A stretch of 58,667 nucleotides of DNA, filler included, from Porpidia crustulata (Eukaryota): NCBI GenBank assembly GCA_964255105.1. It is 5 parts of 5 records of this genome, joined end to end, with 100 filler letters (N's around TTAATTAATTAA, not from the genome) between each part and the next. Parts side by side here need not be neighbours in the genome. Positions count along the whole stretch, not along the records: positions 35,283 to 46,928 come from CAXUWE010000622.1; positions 47,029 to 58,667 come from CAXUWE010000623.1; 3 more parts are not named here. One strand, given 5' to 3'. How positions within the stretch are numbered: the first letter of the stretch is position 1; the number at the start of each line of letters is the position of its first letter. This document shows, in pieces, positions 36,564-50,992 of the stretch. The translations under genes and the position numbers were made by a program. The notes beneath the pieces are model-generated. The model did not search any database and was not told the DNA's origin. It saw only the letters and a list, made by a program, of their open reading frames with translations.

Positions 36564-38929
36564 ATGGAGGATGACGATAGCATTGAATTCAATCCCTTTG
36601 ATGGTGCGTCCGACACCCAAAAGTGGATAGCATTTTCTAATGTGAAGCGTAAAGGGAAGGATGCTCCGTCTTCAACGAACTCGCAATTTCTGGCGCAACA
36701 ACAGATACAACGAGATATGGAAGTAGCTGCGTTGGATCAAAACTTAGCAGATGTCATGTCTGAAGCTTCTACGCACATCAGAAGCGAATCACTACCATTT
36801 AAAAGACTCAATGGCGGGGCAGATGAATCTATGGAAGACCCCGCAAGTGCTAATTATATGAATGCAATCGCTCTGAAGAGGGACGTAAGACCAGATACGC
36901 GAATACTTGCGGTGGTTATAGATAATACAAGTAAGCGGAAACGGAAAGAGGATCACCCCGTTTCGATAGAGAATCGGAGCACAGTGATTAAATTACCTTC
37001 AACTAAAGAGCAGACTCCAGAGGGAAAATCCCCCGAAGCCTCTACTGGGAGAAAACTGAAAAGACCCGCAAAGGCTCGCCGACAGCACGGGAGACTATCG
37101 CAGCGACACATAGTATCTCAAGGCGATATGTATGCGGTCCCTGAAGATCGGATTATACATACAGCCGTAGAATCTGCGGATGGCGCAAGACACGATGCTT
37201 ATGTAGATCAACCAGCAAGCAATACCATGAAAAGTCGAAACATCGAGGAGGAACAACTTGGACTAGAATCCGAACGGGATCACCCTTCACCCGCTTCGAA
37301 GCCGCTGGACGCAAAGCCGTCGGTCACTGCAAATATGAGGTCCAGTCGTACGCGTACAACCGATACCAGCAAAGCGGCTGCCAGAATGGCCGCACACAAG
37401 AACAAACACTTCGCTCAGTCAAGTCCCGTCAATCCGAATGAAAAGCGGCAAACCGACCCGCCTTATCCGAAGCAAGCCACGCCAGATGATAGGCTAGAGT
37501 CAACGTCTCACTCAAAATCTCGTAATCTTCGACGTCGAGAGAAACCGAGGATTCTTCCGGATATTGTACCTACCAAGGAATCTAAAAGCGAGAGTGAGAA
37601 ACGTTCTCATTCACCGAGCGGCGGAGAAAAGCAAGACAGGTTGGCTGAGGAAGAAGTAGAGGATAGTCATAGCATTGCGGATGACATAGGGGACGATGGA
37701 AACTATATTAGCGACATTCCTAAAGATAATCCCGAAGATGGCAATATGCCTAGCTCGGATGAAAGCGATCAGGGTTCCGCGGATAGTGATGCCGGAAATG
37801 TTTCGAGACACCCTTCAGTGGAAGCTAATCTAAGATCTATACAACTGAACGTTTTCCAAGAGACCGAGCGCTGGGATACAATTATTGCCGCTGTCCACAT
37901 GGTGGGTGTGTCCCAGGTCAAGGGGGAACGACATGAGGGAAAGCCAAAGCTGAGAACCAGAGTGATCAAAGGCATGATCAGAAAAATAAATAACGTACGC
38001 AATACGTACAAAAAGCTGCTGGAACGCGACGGCCAATTTCACAATGACATAGACGAGTTTCATCAGGAGTTGAAAATGGGTCTTAGTAGACTGGAAGCAA
38101 CAATTGACATGGTGTCCGAAAAAGATGATGCCATAAAATCGCCACAGATTGTCCGAGATATTTACGCGCACGCAATACCTCGACTCGTTGAGTTGCTAGA
38201 AGTAGCTCTTAGATGCCGGACCGCGGAATACTCAAGACAGCAAGACACCATTGCCCTTGTGGAAATAATCCGGCTTCAAGACGATACTATCAAACTATGC
38301 AAGAAAGCTCGGGCATGGAAAGCCAAGCCGAATACCACGAGGCCAATCATACAACCCACCATCAAAATCCTAGCGTATCTTCGAGACATCAGGAAAACCT
38401 TCATCAGTGAGCTAGACAAACGCCAGCGTGCTGAACGTCTGAAGACGGCAGACAGACGTAGATTAGAACTGGCAAGAATTAAGAATGACAAGCTTCTCCG
38501 AGGGAAGGAAGAGATCAAGAAGTCGACATTAGAAAATCGTAAACGTATTGGCGATCAATTAGATCGACATGAGGCAACCAGAGCTGCGTCTAATAGGATA
38601 CATCATTTAAGAGATGATCCTAATAATTTCGATGAGCCGCAAGATCTGCATACTTGTATATCGGACAGTTGGACCAATGAGCAAGATCACGAACTCCTAC
38701 AACGGCTACAATGGAAACCATCTAGGTACTTGCCAGGTTTGTATTCTGATCTACCTCTGATTGATGCTCACTGATTTCACATCTAGCGGAACAACGTTAT
38801 CTAGCTATTCTGAGTGCACCATCATTACAGAACAAACTCCCAGAGCACATCAGACAACGGGCTTTATACCACAAAGCGGCGTTGCTGAAGCTAGAAGGTC
38901 CTCGAAGTTGGGTCATGAGCATTCAGTGA
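36564..38929 (+). CDS. Hypothetical nuclear protein with a possible C-terminal Myb/SANT-like domain
   Basis: 736-codon first exon: disordered, basic NLS-like KRKRK, then a helical/coiled-coil region and WTNEQDHELLQRLQ. Intron ~38737-38786. Exon 2 reads EQRYLAIL...NKLPEHIRQRALY...WVMSIQ*. Confidence 0.75.
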
Positions 38930-39544
38930 AGTCGAAGAATTTGAAGAGTAAAATTACGGACCTCTGTGATACTTGATCTAGATATTAGCTATATTATGAG
39001 CAATCTGAATAATCGTTAAAACACTCTGTTGCTCCTGCGTCCACATATGTATCTAGGATCTTCAGCAAAGTCGAGAAACACAATGGAAAGTTTAACCGAG
39101 TCGCCGCAGAGGTCTAGACCCTGACGTGCCTAGATATCTTATATTAGCCCTATTCTACTTAAGTCCGTAGAACGTCACCAAACGTTGTTGTGATGTCGAG
39201 TTACTACAAACAATACGCGTCTCAAAGAGCACTTCAATATTGAGACCAATAGCGCTTTCCCTTTCCTAACAGAGGCAGATATACCCAATACACACATAGA
39301 CTCGCTACCCCACCCGCGCCTTCCTGTGCTAGGAAGTAGCGTAGTGATGGTTGACTCCAGATCTTAATATTTAAACATGCAGCTCTTTAGTAGCGACGGG
39401 AAAACTACTTCTACTCTACATCGGCCCAGATATTCACCTTTGGTTGACCTTCTCGTCATCCGATAATCAAGGAGTGCCCGAGCATCTTCAATACCGCACA
39501 TTGTGAATCTCCCACCCACGTGACTCCATACTCCATATCTCCAC

Positions 39545-42500
39545 ATGGCATCCGAAGATGGCGTTCCTCCAATGGGGGATATACCTGCAGTGGAAGAGAA
39601 TTCACTCGAAGCCGAGACGGGTGGGGAGAGAGCGGAAACCCCATACGTACAAGAAACCCCAGCTCAGATAGCACAGAAGTCTCCCCCAAGAAATGGCATC
39701 CCCCCGAAACGGCTCTTGGCCGCTTCTAAACGTACTGCGACGTCTTATCCAAGTACTGCCACGAGACCAACTACGTCCTCAATCTCTCGGAAGGATCCAG
39801 CCAATGGACTCAGCAAACCACCAACACGGCCCATATCCACGTCTGGCGTTCGACGTCCTACCACGAACGTCACGGCAACCAGTGCTCCTCGAGTGGGCCA
39901 CAGGCCCAGATCCTCGATAAGTTCGGTCGAGGGCAGTAGGAAGGGGGATGTCAGTGGCTCAGAAGAAACTTCAAAGTCCTCCGCAAATTCAGCGGCAAAG
40001 CGTATGGCTTTATCGAGCACACCTACGACAAGATCCCCCGCTCGACCTGCGCTACCATCGGCTGCGTCTTCAGCTACTCGAGGGTCCACATTGATGTCCA
40101 GCACGAATGCAGATAGCAAACCTGCGAGTAGCAAAGTCGGTACGGGTAATCCTGCTAAGCCAGCGCTAAGGACCACAACAAACACTTCCCGGCCAGCAAG
40201 TAATCCTAGTACGGCACGAAGTACTCGCTCAACGGTCCCATCCACAAAGGACGCAGGTGGATCTGACGTCACTAGGAAAAAATTAAATGCCATTCCAGTC
40301 TCGCCTGCTCCAATGCAATCTGGCGTATCTGTGCCAGACTCGAAATCGATATCAGGTGAAACAGCAGGAAAAAAGGTGAGACCGGGGCTACTCACACGGA
40401 AATCTACAATGTCGGTCACAATCGAACAGAGACTACGGGAAATGGAACTTGTGCACAAGATGTTAACCGCAGCTATGACGGACGACGGTCTCGAGGACGA
40501 TGTGGTGAAAGAAGAATACGGGAAGACGGCCGATAATACTCTTGCCTCTTTGAAGGCCAAGCTTGCAGAAGCAAAGCTTAGGGAAGGAAAGGATTCGGCG
40601 AACGAGCTTGAAGCCCATGTAGATGGCAATAGCGATATGGCCAAATTACAGTCCGTTGTGGACCACGAACGGCCTCAGTCAAACTCCTCAGACAATGCGC
40701 AGAAGGTATGTAAATCATGAATTGCGCAGAATCTCTGAAAAGTGGTTGCTTACTCTGGAGATCAGGTATCGAAGTTAGAGCTAGAATTGGCGTCTCTAAA
40801 GGATAAGATGCTCGAATATACCGAAGCTGCAAACAAAGTCTCTAAGGATGTCGAAGACGCGACTGAAAGAATGGCTAGAGAACAAGCGTCCAAGATCGAT
40901 GAGCTACGTGCTATCCATAGCCGGGAGCTCGGAGACTTACGCGCTGCGTTGGATGAAGCCGAAAGACAACGTAAAGCTCAAGCCGCGGCACATCTCAAAG
41001 ATGTCGAAGATGCAAGGCGGACAGCAGAAGCGGAGGATTCCAAGATGGCCGCAGAGTCACTCGATGCAAGAACGCAAGAACAAATGCGGAACGCGAAGTT
41101 TCTCGAAGACAGTCTTGCAGAAGAGAGAGAAAAGCAAGTTGAAGCAATTTCTGGGTTACAGAGGATGGAAATAGATATCACTAGCCTTAAGGGTTTACTC
41201 AATGAAGAGCAGCAAAAATCTCGTCACCTAGCGCAAGAGATACAAAAGCAGCAGGAGAACGCCATCAAAGAGCTTGACGAAGCGCTTAATGTGAAGGATA
41301 CTGAGATAGCCAACCTCGAAAACGAGATTCAGAATTTGCAAAGTACCCGTGGCCACGAAATAGAAGAACAGGAATCTGCTACATCGGTAAAAGAATCCAA
41401 GCTAGAGACTGAGATTCAATCGCTTCGTAGCGAAATAAGGGAGCTCAAAACACTCGCAAATTCGAGTTCAATAAGCTATAATGACGCAGTTCAGACTAAA
41501 GATCAAGAGATCCTGCACCAAAATAGGGTTATCGAAGATCTCCAGAACAAAGTGCAGCAACTTCATGAGGTCAAGGAGCGTGAGCTTGATGAGGTCAAAT
41601 ACAGCTTGATTCAAGAGCACGAACAGACCATGTCAAATGCTCGTCGAGAACATGAAAGCGTCTTATCGAGTCTCAGAGATTCAGCTAGAGAGAGAGACGA
41701 AGAAACGACAGAATCGCACCAACGGGAGAAAAGTCGTCTCCAGGAAGAAAATCAGTTATCCCTAACGAAGCTCGAGACATCACTGAAGGCCGAGTTAGCA
41801 AATTCCATAGGGACAGTAAAATCAGCCGCAGCAAAAGAGATTGAGGGTTACAGGGATACACTAGAGGAGACGCAAAGCGCACTAGCAGAAATCAAGCTAG
41901 CACAGGTACATTCGAAGAAAGAACTGTCATCAAAAATTGCCAAAATTGATAGTCTTGAGTCAGAGAGAGATCACGCTAGAAAAGAGAGTTTTTCGGCACA
42001 ACAAGCACTAGAGGCTATGTCTACCGAACTAGCTAATATGAGGAAGGCTTTGAAGGCACTTGAGAATGCAAGCCACGGTGAGAATAAGCAGCATGCAAAA
42101 GCACTCCAGGCCATGAAGGACGAGATGGATGCGACGTCTAGATCACTTGAAGAAAATACTAGGGAGCACAACTCTGTCTCGGAAACTCACCACCAGGAGT
42201 TGGAGAAAGTCGGAGTCCGTCACAGCAAAGAGATTAAGAGACTGGAGAAGAAACATCGAGATGAGCTTCGATCTTTGCAGAAGACCCACGATGAGCTCTT
42301 AGCCAAGCACAACGAAGCCGAGAAGAAACACCTGGATACTGCAAACGCTCTTGAAGCTGGGCACGCAGACACTCTTCAAAAGGAGAGAAAGGCACATGAG
42401 AGGCTCGAAATCGCTCATGATGAGGAAATGACAAAACTTCGATCGCGAATACAAGAATTCAACGATGTACTGGAACAACGGCATAATGAAGTTACTTCAT

Positions 42501-43857
42501 GTCGCAAAGCACTCGAAGATAGCCGAGCTCTTCAACAGATGCACGAGGCTGCGTCGGCCGATCTAGAAGCGCAGTTAGAAAAGCAGGGCGAGGTCATGGC
42601 ACGCCTGGAGCAGAATTTACGAAAAGTCCAGATTGGTGAGGAGGATTTTGGAAAGGCAAGAGAAGCAGCGCAGACGATTGAGGAACTCAGGCGGTTACTC
42701 GTAGAGGCCAAATCGAAAGCAGCTCAGGACAAGGAAGCTATCGACAAGTTGACGGCAGCGGTTGAGGAGGCGAGTGGTGTTTCACTAATAGTTGCTGAGG
42801 CCGAAGGGCTGCGCGAGAAGATGTCCGAGCTAACTGAACAGCATGCAGCCGAGATTTCCAAACTTCATGAGACTACGAGTCTCGGAAATGAAAAGCGCGA
42901 GGAGGAAAGGCAGCACGAGGCCGAAGTTCGGGACCGGGTGATGGAGGAGCTAGAGAAACTGAAATCTGAGATGACTTCGGACAAGGAGAGGTTTGATAAA
43001 CAGCAGCAAGAGTTGCATATATATGAGAAGAAAACGACAGAGGTAGGTCAACAGCTTACCGCCGCACACATCTCTGAGGAGCGTCTCCATTCAGATCTTC
43101 AAAAGACGCTGGCAGAGCTCGAGAAATTTCAAGCGGAGGCGAGAAATATGGAATCATCAGCAGCAGATGCCATCGAAGCGGCTTATACGGCCACCAATGA
43201 GAAAGTCCAGGCTTCACAAGCACTTGTCGATAAAGAGCGTGAGAAGAATGCAAGTCTGGACGAACGGCTACGAGAAGCTGAATTGGCAACGGAGAAGTAT
43301 GCAGTGCGGGTTCGAGAAGTTGAGTCTGCACTTAAAGTCACGACAGCAGAATTAGTTGAGATGCGTACAGAAAGACCTAGGGGTAGTGAGTATGCCGGCA
43401 GCGTTGCTCCCAAGCCTGTTCTACGCTCAAGCCTATGGCCGATCTCCGATAGTAGCGACCTCAGGGCAAACGAAACCGCGATGGTAGGTGAGGAGCTAGG
43501 TTCTTCTATCATGGGAAGGGTGGGGTACCTATTTACTTCTAATTCTTGACCCCCCATTACTTATTATAACCTCCTTCTTGTCTATGTGGCACACCGTGTC
43601 ACTGCTTACACTAACATCTCTGAATTATAGATGGCTGGCATGCAAGAGCAGATCAGGCAGTTGGAAGATGTTAATGAAGATATGATGCAGGACTCAGAGA
43701 GGTACGTCGGATTTTGCGACATGTAGAAAGGAAAGATACTGACCGTTTGACGTCTTTCAGACTTGTCAAATTGATGGCACGAGTGACTGAGTCAAAATAC
43801 GACGTGAAGTCGGAACCAGAATTATCAGCAGAAGAGATCGAAGAAGAAGAATTGTAA
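39545..43857 (+). CDS. Large coiled-coil protein with a basic S/T/P/R-rich N-terminus; function unknown
   Basis: Exons ~39545-40706, 40766-43519, 43631-43701 and 43761-43857 with GT-AG introns in phase. About 900 aa of E/K/L/Q heptads. Confidence 0.85.
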
Positions 43858-44329
43858 AGGGTACTGGGAAGCACGGGCTTTCTAACGTCTTTTCCCACTG
43901 GGCGTGCTTTTGCGGGCGAGATGCCTATTGTTAGCGTATTCAGCGGATACCCCCATACCTTGCAGCTTTTTATATATTCACTTACTGTGACACCTTGATA
44001 TGCAGGTTTTGTGTACTTGTGCAATCCTGTTTACTTTATCTCCAAGTGGTTTGCTGATAAAACATGATGATACTTACTGTGTCTGTCTGATAAGCTTTAG
44101 CCTTTTTCCCCCGAGTACAGTCCACGCACCCAATTTGGTTGAAGGATCTTTGCAGCATGATGATTAATCAAGAATCATAGATTCCAGCTGCTGGTGATCG
44201 ACTTGGCTCTACTGCGCTTCCCAGTCTCCATGTCAGTTGCAATGACTTATCTTCTTTAGGCAATTACCAATCATCTTGGACACGAGGTTCTAAAGCGTCT
44301 GAAAGCCGTCTCTGAAAAAGACCTCTACC

Positions 44330-46484
44330 AATCTAATCGATGACGCTGGTCAGGCTCAAGGTATATCGGTAATGCTACGAATGGTAAACTACTACGTATT
44401 GGTGCAGTGGTTATTGACCGCCAGTCAATCAATCAATGGCTCGGTTGTCACAGTCGCTTGGTAATTCAACCTTCGTCAATATTTATCACCATCGACTCAT
44501 CTGACATTTGAAATATGGCAACTTCGATCGCTTTGAGTAAGGGCCATTCTAGCTGCAGCGAAGCTGGCGTGGATTTCTTAGTGCTGGATAGCGTATCTAC
44601 GGTAGGTGTCGATGAATTATTTCTGATTCTCCACCGAGGCTGATCGATAACGACGATAGGAAAGAATACCGTTTTTTGTGGCAATTCGAGCACGTGAAAG
44701 AATGGTATGCATGGATTACGATAAACAGCAATCAGAATACTGCAATGTATCGTCCTTACTGTCACTTCTATTCTGCAGAATAGAGCACAGGATTGGCTCT
44801 CGAATAACGATCTCTCCGCTATCAATTATCTCGCAGACGTGTTATTTGAACGAGGACTTCATTCCCAGTGAGTCAATGCCAGAGCCATGGGTCCTAACTG
44901 CTGTGCTCATCCAAGCTAACTCACTTGTCAGCGGTATTTCTAGTGTCAAACCTGCCGTCGCCGTACCCCTTGTAGACTTACTTAACAAGAACACGTTGCT
45001 TCTACGTCTAGAGATTTTGAGTATATTGTCGTGCGTATTGAGAATTCGCACGAAGGCCCTGGGGTCGATGCGTGACACTAAAATGGGAAAGGGGAACCTC
45101 GTCAGCTAGGCAGATTTAGCTAAAGCGGCACTGAAACGTTTTAACCGAAAGCAGGCTTGTGACACCGCGGTCTCTGTAGATGCTGGATCCTTGCGCTTCA
45201 ACGATACCCTCTATCTCGCAGGACCGCCACAATACCTTATCTTCGTGGCTCTCGGAGCTCTAAGTAAAAATGCTAAAAGCCTCAACCCTTTCCTAGCTGT
45301 TGTCCGCCCGCTTCTAGGTCACGCTGAAGCTGCTAGTGATATCTTCGGTTCTGTTTGATGGTGTCGGCTCTTGAAGTCTCACGATGACGCTGACGATTGC
45401 TCGCTCGGCCAGGATCGGCACGATATCTGGACTTCGTTGTAATCATATGTCCGCGACTAGAAAGCCTTTTACTTGCAAATTGGCAAGTCGCCACGAAGTA
45501 CAATTCCGTAATTGGGAACCCTACCATAAATGGCCCGAGTACTGGAGTGCTCTATGAAAAAGTAGCTGCAGGCAATTGTCATTGTCTCGACGATTTCGAA
45601 GACGATGCTTCTTGACAGATTATTGGCCGCATGCTGTTTTCCCTGTGTACTGAGCTGAAAATAGTCTCCTTCCGAATCCCACTGCCGACGACTCCAGCCA
45701 ATGTTCTTCACTTAGGAGACTTATATTGCCATTACTGCTCTCGACTTTCAGGTAAACTTGCAGAGCAATCCAGCAGTAGGCCACGTTTAAGGGGCGGACA
45801 TTAGCAACCAGCCGCCCAGTCCACACGCGGCCCTCGATGTCCTGCCCTAACTCTTTGTTGACACCTGTTTGCCTTGTGCCAAGCTCTCATGTTTTGTGCG
45901 ATGTATTACCGTTTGCTCTAGGACCTAGAGTCACATCCCGATGCCGTTAGTGTCTATATCTTCAATTTTTGTCACGAGATGACTGTGAGAGACGTCTTAC
46001 CTACCTTCATACAGATCTTTCGTCGTATTTGCTCAAGCAGCTCAGAAAAATAACGATTACGGGTTTGAGACATCGAAGTGCAAAAGAATCGAGATTCTTG
46101 AATATGATATTTTAACTCTTGTTCGATCCGACTAATAAAGGGAAATAGTTCGCGCTTATATTGAGGAGTTGGAAAGAGCGATGAGTGCGTCTTATCTGCA
46201 AATACTATCAAGTCAGACCCTGGGTAGGCTTTGCAAAACTAGATCTAATACCTTTCCTAGGTGCAGCTGCCAAACATCTACATGAATCTCTTGGGAAGGA
46301 ACAAGGGTGCCATTTTTGCATGCAGAGGAGAGTCGTGCATAGGCAAACGGATCAGCCAAGACTAGCGAAGATGCAGACGCTGAGTCTAAGAAGCCAGTTA
46401 AGGATGTCGTCGACGCTGCTTGGATCGGCATTACTTCGAAGCAAGGCATTCGGAACGAAGCTGAGTATCCAAACCTATGCTTAA
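44330..46484 (+). pseudogene. Degraded phenylalanine/aromatic amino-acid ammonia-lyase (PAL)
   Basis: Collinear fragments in shifting frames: IYG, NTVFCGNSST*, SMPEPWVLTAVLIQANSLVSGISSV, PFLAVVRPLLGHAEAASDI, LGQDR, ICPRLESLLLANWQV..YNSVIGNPTI, QIIGRMLFSLCTEL, SNPAVGHV*GADISNQ, HLFALCQAL and PFLGAAAKHL. Many stops and frameshifts; boundaries approximate. Confidence 0.85.
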
Positions 46485-46928
46485 GCCGACTGTATCAACG
46501 GGTATCATCAACTTCACTATGAGCGTTAATGGTACCCCACAAGTGTCTGAGAGAATACCCTGTCGACAGAGCCGTGATTGAGACAAATGGCGGAACGAAA
46601 CATCGATGATTGCCACAACATATTAACGAACTACCGATCGATTGATCTCTTCGGACATACCGGCCGCTGGCGGATCAACTCCCTCAATCTACCGCACCTA
46701 GGTGTCTAGCCTACCATATCTATTCCTCGCAAAACCCGTTACGTGGTTACGCTCCTCGCGTCATCCCCGTCTATCGCATTATCCGAATGTTTACCTCCGC
46801 AATCCCGCACCACTTCAACCCAACCATGCCCCTTTCAGCAAATAAACTTCTCCTTCCACCTCAACCATCCGCTTCCCTCCGCCTCCAACCCCCTCAACCC
46901 CCTCGAATATTTCTTTTCCAGACAATGC

Positions 46929-47028
46929 NNNNNNNNNNNNNNNNNNNNNNNNNNNNNNNNNNNNNNNNNNNNTTAATTAATTAANNNNNNNNNNNNNNNN
47001 NNNNNNNNNNNNNNNNNNNNNNNNNNNN
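46929..47028. other. Artificial contig-joining spacer
   Basis: N44-TTAATTAATTAA-N44. Confidence 0.98.
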
Positions 47029-47577
47029 GTATTTGGAGAATGGAGCCTAAGAAAGGGAGTGGTATGAGTAAGAGAAATAATGACTGCTGAGAGAAAGTGA
47101 CTGTATCTCGGACAAGAAGGCGGGGTTCGAAGGAAAAGGGTGGCTGGGCGCGTCGCAGTAGTAAACAAGCCGACAATGAGATAGTCAAGATACTCACCTG
47201 ATAGCTTCGAAGAACTGGGCCACGAAAGAGATCGAAAATTTCACAGCGTCAATTGTACAGCAAAAGTCACACGAGAATCAAATGGCGGTGGTTCTTTACG
47301 AAGGCGTTTTGGTTGTGCAAAGGAAAGGTATTTCCAAAATAGCTTTGCACATGATGGGTGTGCTCAGATCACACATGATCAACATAAGTACCATATTCTA
47401 GTCCCAAGATTTATACATTCCACGCGTAAGCTTTACATGCACCGTCCATGGCTAACACTTCTACCTGTCTTTTTGTGAATGCTGTAAATATCCTGCACTC
47501 TAAACGCCCTCTTCCCCACCACGCCCCAGAGCTCCCCCATATTCCTACACCAACAAGAATCGACCAGCGCCACCCGC

Positions 47578-50500
47578 TCATGCTCCATTACGAATAAGTT
47601 TGGCTGTCCTTTTGGACATACTATGACGAGTCAGCCGGGCCAGATGAGCTAGGAAGCCATTTACTTACAAGTCAAAGAAGGCAAATTGGCTTGGGTTACT
47701 TCCGTGCTCGTAAACAAATCGACTGGCCAGGTAGCTTCCAAATATCGCCCGAAGATAATTATCAGGGACCTGAATAATTGGTTAATGAGCGCTTGCAAGG
47801 TGTGGCGGAGGTAGACTAACTCGTTGAACAATGGTCCCCAACCCAACCTTTTCCAACAAGAGTTTTGGCAATGCGTCTTCCAGTACTGAGTTTCGTAGCT
47901 CGAGATTCTCCCACAACTCCGTCTTCTGTAGCTCCTCGTCAAGCTTCGTGATGGCAATGCTCAATGTATCACTGAGCGTACTCCTTGCAATGCCGGTCTG
48001 TTGGTGTTCCCTCCATATCGCTTCGAATTCTAGCGCCGCATTGCGTTTTATGGTCTCTTGGACCTCTTTGACGTAGTCATCATAGAAGGGCGGTGCTGTT
48101 CCGTCCTCTCGTATGCACATATTTTCAACGAACGCCTGGTCATCAAAGGACAGCGATGCAAGGACCTCCAGCGATGACGAGGTGACTCCACCTTTGTTTG
48201 CTGATGCATCCTTATACAGAATGCATCCAGCTTTTTCGAGTCGTAATTTCGCATCTTGGGTAATGAAAAGGTTAGCACCTTCCACAATATATGGAATCGT
48301 ACTCTTCCCATCCACAATGAGTTTGTTGACAGTGCTAAGATCAATGGATTCCGGCCGGCCGCCACAAGGGACGAACATGTCGAATTGTCTGCCCCCGCGC
48401 AGATGAAAGGTGTTGCGGAAGATCATGCCATTGTTGACTTCTTCACCAGTCGGTAATGTCACATTGGTATCCTCGACCAATACACGATATCCGTCCGAAG
48501 AAAGCTTCGAGGTATCAAATTCTGCTATCATAACTCGCTTTCGCGCGAGCCGCACAAGTTCCTTATGATCAAGGCCATGTGGGTCGACGAGGACACCAGC
48601 ACCATCAACGATAGCGGTATATTTCTCGTTTCCAAGTAAGATCTCGTTCGATCCCAAATCGCCATCAGGACCGCCAGTCTGCAGCTTCCGCACAGCGTCT
48701 GGTTGGAGGTTGAGCTTCCTATATATGCCCAAAACATACTCTCGGACAGATAGCGTGGTCATGCCATACGTATCATGGGGGATTCCACCTAGCTTCGGGC
48801 TTTTCCCAGTGAAAAATGATTTCCACCAAGGCGCCCCTCTTTTCCTGGCATGCTCGGTGGCCCAGTTGACCAGGTCAGCGGTGTTCTCATCGGGGCCCAT
48901 GAATAAGATCTCTTTCTGGCCATGAAGATCTACAATCGGATCTTTGATTCCAGGACTCGATGGTGGCAGTAGAAGGTCCATAATACTGTCAATATACTTC
49001 TCGAAGGCTACCTTCGCCTTGTCTTGGTGATGTACATCAAGAAGAATGACCCCCTTTGATCCGCCTTCCGGGATATCTTTGTTCTTGCGTTGCTGAGTAT
49101 TGGCAAGATTGTAGTTCTCGTCAAATAGCGACCTAGCGTTGATGGAATATGCCTCCCGGTTCCGTGATTTGACGATTCTGATTCCGCCCCGCGCAATATC
49201 ACGGAAGCGTAGGTGGAAACCACGGAACTCTGAACTGATAACTAGGAACATGCCATACAAAGGCTGTGGGTACTCAACTTCGGGAAGGAAGCTGGGATTC
49301 AGCCGGAAGCTTAATGCCACTTTAGTCGGAGTGTAGAAGTTGGTCTTCATCACGGCAGCATTAAAGACTCTGAATGCGGTCATGACCATCTCATCATGCT
49401 CGTTTACAACCGTCTTCGAAATTGCAGACTTCAGCTGCGCGTCGTCGAGAACGGTGTGGACTTTTAACCTTAGATAACTAAGGGTCGGAATGAAATCGTC
49501 CTGCTCGCCTCTCGTCTGAACGTAATGTGTATTGGCAAATGCCAGGTAAAGGGACCTAACTAGATCAGGGTATTTGTTGATAATCTCAAGAATGTAATCG
49601 GATGTGAAGGTTTCGGTCCGTAGACGACGTTTGATCTTAGACAGCATCTCCGCATGTACGCTATTGCTCGGGTCCAGTATTGATGCAAGCGACGCGTACT
49701 CCGAACCCAAGCGGTTCAGGAAATGGCCAACGAACACCCAGACGCAGTGCGCGTATATTGTTTCTTGCAAGCTTAATCGTCCACTTGCAAAGTGCCCTTG
49801 AAATTTGTTCTGAGGTATGCAATATAGCAATGAAACTTCCTTCATGATTTGATGTATCGACGCTTCGATGGGAGGATGTGCTGTGATGGAGCCTGGCTGT
49901 TGAAGTGGGCGGAGGTAAATAGACATTATTGTGATACCATTCGAAAATTGCTCAACGTATTTCCTCGAGCTCGTACAGCCATAGTAGTGGTATAAATCGG
50001 ATAAAGCGCTGAACATCCCCATCGCCGAACCTTGCCTATACGCAACGACAAGCCTCTTCTCCCGGCTGCCCTCGATCTCAAACATCTCAATGAAGGGCCC
50101 AGTCCTGGCTACCGCGTTGTTCATAACTTGTTGATAAATGTCTTTTGTATTCGATGTAGCTTTTTGAAGGAATCTTTTTTCGCCAATTATCTCCAGATTT
50201 GTTTCTTCTAAGCCCGGGTCTGGGTTTGAAAAGTGACATTTATATACAAAATAGCAACGCAGCTGCTGATCTTTTTCGCCTGGGAGATGGCTGCCGGAAC
50301 GAAATGTCTCGACTCGGTAGCTTCTCTTGCTTGTTGATGGATCAACATACTTCTCGTCGATGCGCTGCTCGTACCTTGGTCCTTCAATCACACTGACGCC
50401 AGGCTTGCTGGTGTCTATGTACACAGCGTGATCCGCAGCTTCTTTGTCTAGCCGGATTTCCAGGCGACCGTCATCTCGCGCGAAAGCCGCGATCTTTCCA

Positions 50501-50992
50501 GCATATAACGAAAGAATATGATTGACAATGGCCGGCACAGTTTCGGTTTGGAAGTACATGTCGTCAATACCAAGCTCGTTATAGAACCAGTTGGTCTCGG
50601 ATTCCACAAATTCAGGAGGAATGAAACCTTTTTCCTCGATCTGGTCCATCACTGGCATGTTCAAGTCAATGGGTCTACTCTAGCATATACAGATATAGGT
50701 ATCGAAACGAACCTTGATCCATCTGCAGCTCCTTACCCTCGAACTTGGGTGCAACATAGCCGGAACCTTCCTCGTGCAGGACTCGATGCTGGCTCGAACC
50801 TGGAACACTCAAATGGGTCGGTTGGGGAGATGGTATCCTGCCGGGGGTTCGAACTACATGCTCCAGCAATTTGTTGTGAATTCCATTGTGCGGGACCTTT
50901 TCTTGAGAGTCCCGTGCCTGTAGGTCTGAAACTGGCACTTGTTCATTTCGTGGTAACTCGATTGCATGGGTTCCATTGCTGACCTGCTCCAT
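47578..50992 (-). CDS. gdh2: NAD-specific glutamate dehydrogenase (large fungal type)
   Basis: Motifs GSGYVAPKFEGK, GFHLRFRDIARGGIR, KNKDIPEGGSKG, FMGPDENTA, QTGGPDGDLGSNE, VEGANLF and KDASANKGGVTSSS. Introns 50712-50652, 47820-47770 and 47668-47621; ends MSKRTAKLIRNGA*. Alternative in-frame ATG at 51274. Confidence 0.96.

Noticed and set aside
47190..47202. ATACTCACCTG resembling the 5' end of U1 snRNA
   Set aside because: It mismatches ATACTTACCTG and no U1 stems or Sm site follow. It reads better as a minus-strand splice donor (CAG|GTGAGT).
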